This document shows, in pieces, positions 55,128 through 64,000 of a stretch of 64,000 bases of DNA. The stretch spans positions 26,722,001-26,786,000 of the forward strand of contig NC_086128.1 of assembly GCF_963921235.1 (NCBI RefSeq), read 5' to 3'. The position numbers and the translations under genes were made by a program. Under the pieces are notes generated by a model, which saw only the letters and a list, made by a program, of their open reading frames with translations, did no database searches and was not told the origin of the DNA. Source of the stretch: Mobula hypostoma (taxonomy: Eukaryota). How positions within the stretch are numbered: the first letter of the stretch is position 1; every line of letters begins with the position of its first letter.

Positions 55128-56925
55128 TTATCCCCTTTTGTTCAAGAGCCTGATGGTCGAGGGATAGTAACTGTTCTTGAACCTGGTGGTGCAAGTCCTG
55201 AGGCTCTGGTACCTCCTACCTGACGGCAGCAGTGAGAAATGAACATGGCCTGGGTGGTGAGAACATAAGAAATAGGAGCAGGAGTCGGCCATCCAGCCCA
55301 TCGAGCCTGCCCCACCATTCAATAAGATCATGGCTGATCTGTCCATAAACTCAGCTCCATCTACCTGCCTTTCCCCCATAACCCTTAATTCCCCTACTAT
55401 GTAAAAACCTATCTAACTGTATCTTAAATATATTTAGTGAAGAAGCCTCAACTGCTTCCCTGGGCAGAGAATTCCACGGATTCACCACTCTCTGGGAAAA
55501 ATAGTTTCTCCTCATCTCCGTCCTAAATCTTTTCCCCTGAATCTTGAGGCAATGTCCCCTAGTTCTAGTTTCACCTACCAATGGAAACAACTTTCCTACT
55601 TCTATCATATCTATCCCTTTCAGAATTTGTATATTTCTATAAGATCCCCTCTCATTCTTCTGAATTCCAGAGAGTATAGTCCCAGGTGACTCAATCTCTC
55701 CTCATAGGTTAACCCCTTCATCTCTGGAATCAACCTGGTGAACCTCCTCTGCACTGCCTCCAAAGCCAGTATACCCTTCCTCAAGTATGGAGACCAGAAC
55801 TGCACACAGTACTCCAGGTGTGGCCTCACCAGTACCCTGTACAGTTGCAGCATGACCTCCCTGCTCTTGAATTCAATCCCTCCAGCAATGAAGGCCAACA
55901 TTCTGTTTGCCTTCTTAATAACCTGTTGCACCTGCAAGCCAATCTTTTGCGATTCATGCATAAGCACTCCCAAGTCCCTCTGCACAACAGCATGCTGCAA
56001 TCTTTCATCATTTAAATAATAATCTGCTCTTCTATTATTCCTTCCAAAGTGGATGATCTCACATTTACCAACGTTGTATTCCATCTGCCAGACCTTGGCC
56101 CATTCACTTAACCTATCTATATCCCTCTGCAGACTCTCCACGTCTTCTGTACAATTTGCTTTTTCACTCAGTTTAGTGTCATCAGCAAATTTTGCTACGC
56201 TACACTCAGTCCCCTCTTCCAAATCATCAATGTAAGTGGTAAACAGCTGCGGGCCCAGCACCAATCCCTGCAGCACCCCACTCACCACTGACTGCCAACC
56301 GGAGAAATGCCCATTTATACCAACTCTCTGCCTTCTATCGGTTAACCAATCCACTATCCATGCCAATACACTTCCTCCGACTCCATGCATCCGTATCTTA
56401 TTTATAAGTCTCTTGTGCAGCACCTTATCAAATGCCTTCTGGAAATCCAAGTATACAACATCCACATGTTCCCCTCTATCCACTTTAGAATCTTTGATGA
56501 TGGATGCCGCTTTCCAATGGCAGTGTTTCATGTCGATGTGCTCAACGGCTGGGAGGGTTTTACCCGTGATGTACTGGGCCAAATCCACTACCTTTTGTAG
56601 GATTTTCTGCTCAAAGGCATACCAGGCTGTAATGCAGCCAGTCAGCGCACTTTCCACCACACACCTATTGAAGTTTGCCAAGGTTTTCAATGACATGCTG
56701 AACCTCTGCAGACTCCTGAGGAAGTAGAGGTGCTGTTGTGCTTTCTTCACAATAATATTTATATGATGGGTCCAGGACAGGTCTATAGTGACACCCAGAA
56801 ATTTAAAGTTAATGACCCTCTAAACTTCTGATCCTCCGATTAGTACTAGCTCACGGACCTCTGGTTTCCCTCTCCTGAAATCTACCATCAGTTCCTTGGT
56901 CTTATTTACATTGAGTGAGAAGTTG
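55128..56925 (-). mobile_element. Rex1/Babar-type LINE fragment hosting the CR1 insertion
   Basis: KAQQHLYFLRSL...ESALTGCITAWY...ASIIKD (56750-56490) resumes as [17 protein letters not shown] (55260-55128). Confidence 0.85.
55261..56489 (-). mobile_element. 5'-truncated CR1 LINE with well-preserved RT fragment
   Basis: VDVVYLDFQKAFDKV, GVLQGLVLGPQLF, KFADDTKL, LVRPHLEYCVQFWSP, RGDLIE; 3' tail ttcttatgttc. Confidence 0.95.
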
Positions 56926-58481
56926 GCCATGGTGTTCACAACACCACGCTCCACCTTTGAAACACCAACAAACAACTGACCTTGTCCTTGCTAAGAATAT
57001 CATATGCTATATACATTATTACTAATTTGAGACAGCCAGCGTCTGTCACTGAGTAAGACAACAGCAGCAATTCGGGGGAGGGCTGGAATAATAGTTAAAA
57101 GCCCATCATGCTATCCTGTAACATATTACTATGTAATTGAGGTGTCAGGGAGGGGTAGCACCTCTGGTGGGGGAACATGTCGTGTCCTTTTCAAGGCGGT
57201 TAGTCCACCTTTGGTCCCCACCTGGCACTCAGCTCTCACCTGTGGCTCCCCATAGCTGTTTGCATGTGACAGTGGCCACACCCCGGGCAATGGCTTCGAC
57301 AAGCCGGCTAAACCAGGTGAGGGTAGCTGACGGGTCTCAAACCCTCGGTGAGATAGGGAGTTGTCTATCCCAGCATGTGAAGACAGACTCCAGCAGATTG
57401 AGCTGACGAGACCAATCGAAGGTCCAACGTTCAAGAAGGCAGTCTCTGCAAGCGTTGTGGAACGTGTAGAGCAGGACAAGACACAGAAGATGTCCTGGTC
57501 ATCCACTGCGCCTAGTCCCATCTCCAGCCGTCTCGGCTCTGTCTTGCCACTGGATCCAGATGGGAATTGGGAAGAGCGAGTGAGGCTGACGCTGTGCAAC
57601 TCTCCCTCACTTAAATCCAAATCACGCGCTATTCTCTGGTGAGCTTTCTTGCACCGGTGTCTATGTGTTTGGACCTGGATGAATATTGGTGAAGTTCACT
57701 CCTAGGAATTTGAAGTTCCCAACCCTCTTGTCCTCAACACTATTGATGTAGGCAAGAGTTTGTGCACCGTCAACACCCTCCTTCCTGAAGTCAATGGCTA
57801 ACTCTTTTGTTTTGCTGATATTGAGGAAAAGGTTGTTGTCATAACACCATTTTGGATTTCCAGAGAAACACAACATGGTTCAGGGTATCATCATGGCAGA
57901 GGAGTGGGTTTGGACAGCAACTTTGAGAGCACCTAGCACCGGATGAGCAGGCTCCTATCAAAGTCAAAGTGGAGTTTATTGTTACCTGTATTCAGGTGCA
58001 GTGAAAAACTTGCTTGCAGCAGCATCACAGGCACAGAGCATCAGGTACACAACATTCACAAGAAAAATATAAATCAAACAAGGAAGATCACAGTTAGAAT
58101 AAAAAAGGTCCATTGGAGTCCTAGTGTTTCACCTTGGCTACCTGCTCCAGCCAATTCTCGCTGTACCGAACCAGATCCCAAGTAACTTCAGATTTGACGG
58201 GGAAGGGAACAGAAGAGTAGTCAGCCCAATTGCCAAGGACCATGTCCTCACTTTTGCTGTAAATTACTCTTAGGCCATTTCAGTCCAGTCATAGTTGCTG
58301 ATCGATTTGCGGATTGTCTGTGGGTCCAAGAAGGAGATGGTGCTTTACCTGCATACAGGAAAGCTTTGACTTGAGTAGCCCCGGTGCCTAGCATTGTCAC
58401 ACCCTCAAACACATCTATCTGGTGTTTGCCAATTCTGGTTAACAAAATGTGCCAGTGGAGGGAAGCAAGAAGTAAGTTGTA

Positions 58482-59660
58482 GAACCTGGGCCTCTAAACC
58501 TCCTTCTGCAATTGGATCCTCAGCTTCCTAACCGGAAGACCACAGTCTGTGCAGATTGGTGATAACATATTCTTCTCGCTGACAATCAACACTGGCGCAC
58601 CTCAGGGGTGTGTGCTTAGCCCACTGCTCTGCTCTCTATACCCATGACTGTGTGGCTAGGCATAGCTCAAATACCATCTATAAATTTGCTGACGATACAA
58701 CCATTGTTGGTAGAATCTCAGGTGGTGACGAGAGGGCGTACAGGAGTGAGATATGCCAACTAGTGGAGTGGTGTCGTAGCAACAACCTGGCACTCAACGT
58801 CAGTAAGACGAAAGAGCTGATTGTGGAGTTCAGGAAGGGCGAGACAAAGGAACACATACCAATCTTCATAGAGGGATCAGAAGTGGAGAGAGTGAACAGT
58901 TTCAAGTTCCTGGGTATCAAGATCTCTGAGAATCTAACCTGGTCCCAACATATCAATGTAGTTATAAAGAAGGCAAGACAGCAACTACACTTTATTAAGA
59001 GTTTGAAAAGATTTGGCATGTCAACAAATACACTCAAAACCTCCTATAGCAAGACAGCAGCTACACTTTATTAAGAGTTTGAAAAGATTTGGCATGTCAA
59101 CAAATACACTCAAAACCTCCTCTCGTTGTGCCGTGGAGAGCATTCTGACAGGCTGCATCACTGTCTGGTATGGAGGGGCTTCTGCACAGGACTGAAAGAA
59201 GCTGCAGTGGGTTGTAAGTCTAGTCAGCTCCATCTTGGGTACTAGCCTACAAAGTACCCAGGACATCTTCAGGGAGCGGTGTCTCAGAAAAGCAGCGTCC
59301 ATTATTAAGGACCTCCAGCACCCCGGGCATGCCCTTTTCTCACTGTTACCATCAGGTAGGAGGTACAGAAGCCTGAAGGCACACACTCAGTGATTCAGGA
59401 ACAGCTTCTTCCCCTCTGCCATCCGATTCCTAAATGGACATTGAACCTTTGGACACTACCTCACTTTTTTAATATACAATATTTCTGTTTTTGCATGTTT
59501 TAAAAAATGTATTCAATATACATAATTGATTTACTTGTTTATTATTATTATTATTTATTTTTTCTCTGCTATATTATGTATTGCATTGAACTGCTGCTGC
59601 TAAGTTTAACAAATTTCACGTCACATGCCGGTGATAATAAACCTGATTCTAATTCTGATA
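58482..59660 (+). mobile_element. 5'-truncated Rex1/Babar-type LINE with internal 76-bp tandem duplication
   Basis: [43 protein letters not shown]; tail aataaacctgattct; duplicated unit begins at 58973 and 59049. Confidence 0.9.
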
Positions 59661-60259
59661 GTGTCCCTTTAAATTAGAGCATGCTGAATATTTCCAGCAG
59701 TTGTCTCAATACTTTACCAAGGTCATTACAGTACCTCAGTGTCTGAGGAGAACCATGGCTTATGATGCAAATCCTTTAAAGTTAACAGGAATCACCCAGA
59801 TGATGGTTTCATTGCAAACTGAAGATTTTAGACTTATAAAATACATAATTTCGAGTTCAGTTAAACCAGGGTCAAACCAGTGAAGCAAACGAGTAACAGA
59901 CTAAGCCCAGGCCACTCTATTGATGTTGTGCTATCCCTCAAGGATATTAATTTAATTCCTAATTATTTCAGGATATTAGTATGAATTATATAATGCACTT
60001 CTTAATACATTGAAATGAGATAATCAAATGATGTCTCATTTTATTGCATTATTTAAGACGTATAAAGTCAGTTTTATGTAATATATTTGGAAACGTTATG
60101 TTCTGTATTAATATATTTAAATATGATTGTAAATCGTCAGATTAACTGCATTTTTTCATTGCTTTATACAATGCATGTGTCTTAAAATACGTGTCGTTTG
60201 TGCTTTGGGAAAATTTAATATTTATTAGCTTTCTCAATTTAGGGAAATAATATGCTAGC

Positions 60260-60790
60260 TGTCTGATTGACGAGCAGAAAGCCAATGAGGGGGCGGAAGG
60301 CCGACGGACCTGGCCATTAGAGAGCGGGATAGAGGAGGCAGGCCATATACGCCCCCTGAGTAGTGGTCCAGCAATTAGCGTGATGAGTATGGGCAGGTCA
60401 TTCACGACCATCGCCCGGTAGCAGCGCACGGGACGGTCATGCCATCGTCATCCTGTGGAGTGGCTCCTCCCTTCTGTGCGCAGGCGTGTTGAGCGGTGAC
60501 GCGAATGCCGTCTCTCTCCTTCTCGGCACCGTAAGACCTTTCAACCTTGTGGCTGACTACTGAGCATCATGTCTCTGCTGGCAGCGAACAGAGCGGCGGC
60601 CATGCTGCTGCGGAGCGCCAAGGTGAGGCGGTGCGTTCCGGCTTCCCGAACAGGGGAGGTGGGCAGCCGGGTGAGCGTGGGGACCGACGGCGTGGCGGGG
60701 CGGGCATCAGGCTTCGGTTTGACCACTAGGCCGCGGTCGCCCGGTTGCCATGGAGTTGGGGAGTCCGTCTGCGAGGTGTGAGCAACTGAG
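60260..60790 (+). promoter_or_regulatory. CpG-island promoter of CS
   Basis: CCAAT 60282-60286, GC-box GGGGCGG 60290-60296, NRF1-like TGCGCAGGCGTG 60477-60488; abrupt switch from AT-rich to CpG-rich sequence. Confidence 0.7.
60569..60622 (+). CDS. CS: Citrate synthase, mitochondrial, coding exon 1 (start of transit peptide); gene continues beyond the window
   Basis: atcATG MSLLAANRAAAMLLRSAK|gtgagg. Resembles vertebrate CS exon 1 (human MALLTAAARLLGTK, ending in K at a phase-0 intron). Lies in a CpG island, and CS is the downstream neighbour of CNPY2 in the same orientation in human. Confidence 0.8.
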
Positions 60791-63700
60791 TGGGTTTTTT
60801 GAGTTTGTCGGGGGTGGGGTGGGTGGGAAATAGATGGTGTAGTTAGGTGTAGGTTCCGAGGATGGAGAGATGGAGGTGTGTGGGGTGGGTGATAGGGGGG
60901 GAGAAGGGTGGATGTGAAACAGGGCTCGGTGGAGCTTGAGAGTGAGGGGATGGAAATGGGAGTGAGAATGTGGGCTATAGAAGGCAGGTTGGTGAGGTGT
61001 AGAGGGCAAGGTAAAGGATTGGGTAGTGTTAAAGGTTGAGTGGGCATAAAATGAGGGTAAAGGGAGGTGAGGACGGATGTGAGTGTAAGGCCAGGGGAGA
61101 TGAGAAGGGAAAAATTAGATGGAAGAGGTATGGGTGTAAGTTGTGCAGGAAGGGTTGCAGGACAGGGCCCAAGCGAGAGATTGAGGGTATATGATTAGGG
61201 TGATGGGTGCCATTCAAGGGTGGGGGTAATGGTGGCGGGGTTACTGGATGGAAGCTGGTAGCTGAAGTCCAGCCTTATTCTAGGGGCCACCTGCCAATCC
61301 CTGTACCCTACAACACTCGAGTAACCAACCCCTTTTAACGCAATCAGACCCCTGGGTCTTTTGATACTCTCTTCCCATATGGCCACATAATTGATCCCCT
61401 CTGAGGCTTTCAACACCCTCCTGCCTGTGAACAGCATCTGGCCTTGACGTGCATGGGGTTGTTGGTGTTGAGGGAATATCCCAATTTCATGTTATTCCTG
61501 AAGTAAAATATTTTGGGGGCCTTATCAAAATGTATTCAAATTCTAAACGGCATGAGTGATTAGTGTAGGTTACAGTCCAAGCTGTATATTTGGCAGGTTA
61601 AAAGAACATTTCAGACCAGAGCTATTTTATGTTCTAGTAACACTAGACTGGGGATGTATGAGTTAATATGCACTTACTGTATAGAGATACTGTAGACAAG
61701 GTCATGTACAATAACTGAGTGTTGGGAACAAAGAGACCTTGGAGTAAATGTCCAAAGGTAACATTACAGCTAGATAATGTGGTTAGAAGGGCACATGCAA
61801 AGCTTTTTATCATTGTTTCTGGACTACTGTGACTGCACTGGAGAGGGCAAGGGAGAGATAAGAGTGTTGCCAACACTGGAGAATGCTAGCTCTGAGGAAA
61901 TATTTGAGGTTGGCTCTGGAACAGAGTCAGCTAAGGGATGTGGAAAGTCTGATTGGGAAAGACTGTTTCCCTTGGAAGGGGGTCAAAGGTCAGGGAGCTG
62001 AGGTTTAAACAAAGGTGGAAGGGTGAGTGGAGGAGAATTGTTCTCCCTCAGGGAGTTTGTTGCCTTGAACTAATAGTGGAGGCAGAAACATTTCCCCACT
62101 TTTAAGCAGGACATTCCTGGTCAGCATAATGATGGGCTGAATGGTTGTCTCTCATGTTATGAGCTTTCCCTGCTGGTGTCATTAATGCTGGTTATCTTCT
62201 GTGGACCAAGCAACATCAGGTTCAAGGTTAATGTAACACCCCTACAGCTTCATTGTCCCTATGTATAATGACAATAATGACAATAAATGCTGGGTGGTTA
62301 CTCAATTCAATTCAGTAACCTCCCAGCATTGGTCTGTCCACCACATTTGGCAAACAATTCACGAAACTGATTTTGGCAAATGTGGCACCAGTAATGGTGT
62401 CCATGTCTCTGTAGTCCCCAGGGCAGGGACCTGTCTCAGGATGGCGGGTCTGAATGCACCAACCCATGGTAGAGTGTTGTTAGCTAATGCTGCATGTATG
62501 GTGTTGTCAAGCAAGACCAAAAGGGTAATGATGTTTGTGGCGTTTTTATAGAACCCAGAGCAGTACAGCACAAGGACAGGCCCTTTGGCCCCAATGTTAT
62601 GACGAACTAATTAAACATTAAACTAAATCCTTCTGCCTACACAAGTGCATGTCTCTCCATTCTCTGCGCATTCATGTGCCTATCTAAGAGACTTTTAAAT
62701 GCCTCTATTGTATTTGCCTCCAGCACCACCCCTGGCAGTGCATTCCAAGCACCCACCACTGTTTTAAAAAAAATTTTTAAAAATAATTTGTATATCTTTT
62801 AACTTGCCACCTCTCACTTGAAGTGGCAGTGGAAGCAGGTTTAGTGGTGGCTTTATAATGTAACTGGATAAGTACTGGAGAGATTTGCAGAGGCATTTGA
62901 AGACAGGATGAAGCAAATTGGATGGGTTCTCCAGTGTGGTGAATCGTTGCCTTCTGTATAGTCTGTTATTGTGGAAGTTCATCTCTCTCACTGGTGGGAC
63001 ACCTCTATCTTTTCCTGCTTGGAAAAGAGAAGGTTGAATTACGTTCTAGTGAATAGGTTCTGATGGACAGCTACAGTTAACAAAGTACTTTTGGGGGGGG
63101 TGATTGTGAGGAGGGGGAGGGCATGCTGAGATAAACGAGAGAGCAGCTTAAAACTAGTTCCAGACAACAGCACCATGAATTGAAATCTGAAATCAACTGC
63201 CAACTGATTTCAAAGCAATGAAACATTCCTGCACTGTATTTGAGGGGCTCCCTGTAGCAGCTCCCATGAGTTACTTGACAGCAATTTACAAGAAACTCAC
63301 CAGCCTTCCTCTCGTACTTTCCAAGTTTCCCGCTGCTATCTTGGCTATAATTTACTTTACCAGCATCTTGGCATCACTGGTAAGGTAAGCATTTGTTGCC
63401 GTCAAAGGTGAAGGTGGGCTGCCTTGCACCTTTGCAGTCTTTGAGGTGATTGTGCTCCTCACTACACTGTTGCAGAGAGTGTTCCCTGACCTACTGATGA
63501 AGCAGCAACAAAGCTTCCCAATCAGCAGAGCATCAGGCTTAGAGGGAACTTGCAGGTGGTTGTGTCCTTGTGTGATGAATATTCTTGTCCTCAGCGGTAG
63601 AGGCTGTGGGTTTGTGAAGTGCTGTCGAGTAGCCTGGATGAATAATAGCTGTGCATTTTGTAGATAACATTCACTGTTGCCAAGGTGCGTCAGTAATGGA

Positions 63701-64000
63701 TAAAATGAATGCTTAGGGTGGTGGATGGGGTGCCAGTGAAGCAGGCTGCTTTGTCCTCCATGTTGCTTGGGAGGAGCTTTTGGGTGTTAGCAAGTGAATC
63801 ATTTGCCACAGGAATCTAGCCAGTCTCTAACCTGCACTTGCAAATACTCCAGTGGTGATCCCCGCCCAACCCTAAGATGTGGGAACTGGTGGTGCTAATG
63901 TCATAGGTAGTCTCTCACATAAATAAACTGGGCGTTGAAAGTACAAGGTGTGGTTAGTAAGTTTGCACACCACACTAAAATAGGTGACATCAAGGTTATC

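Noticed and set aside
55620-56750. 376-aa reverse transcriptase as a host or domesticated gene
   Set aside because: Chimera of two truncated LINE families with a CR1 3' tail, and no true ATG or promoter evidence.
60623-64000. Further CS exons
   Set aside because: No exon resembling NASC...ARHAS or later CS sequence found; the region is intron with LINE remnants.

Overview
Eukaryotic (vertebrate) genomic DNA. The repeat content (CR1 and Rex1/Babar LINEs, tRNA-derived SINEs, Penelope-like foldbacks, Tc1) suggests a cartilaginous fish, probably a ray or shark; this is inference. Four spliced protein-coding genes were reconstructed by hand with GT-AG junctions and consistent phases. (1) A complete, compact (~36 kb) and strongly diverged DPP6/DPP10-family pseudo-peptidase on +, with 25 firm exons (3117-38783) and a candidate exon 1 (2926-3009), ~789 aa, catalytic Ser replaced by Gly. 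(2) CNPY2 on + (41349-44786, 180 aa, ends HDEL). (3) A MOB4/phocein gene on - (54831-46624, 222 aa). (4) The first coding exon of citrate synthase, CS, on + (60569-60622). CNPY2-CS is the human 12q13 (HoxC-paralogon) neighbourhood, where mammals have no DPP6/10 or MOB4 gene. The most interesting reading is that the window keeps two whole-genome-duplication paralogues lost in mammals: a third Kv4 auxiliary DPP-like subunit and a second MOB4. Introns hold 52-bp and 33-bp minisatellites (the source of the longest ORFs in the track), nested transposons, a long foldback probably in the DPP-like 3' UTR, and several short local duplications.
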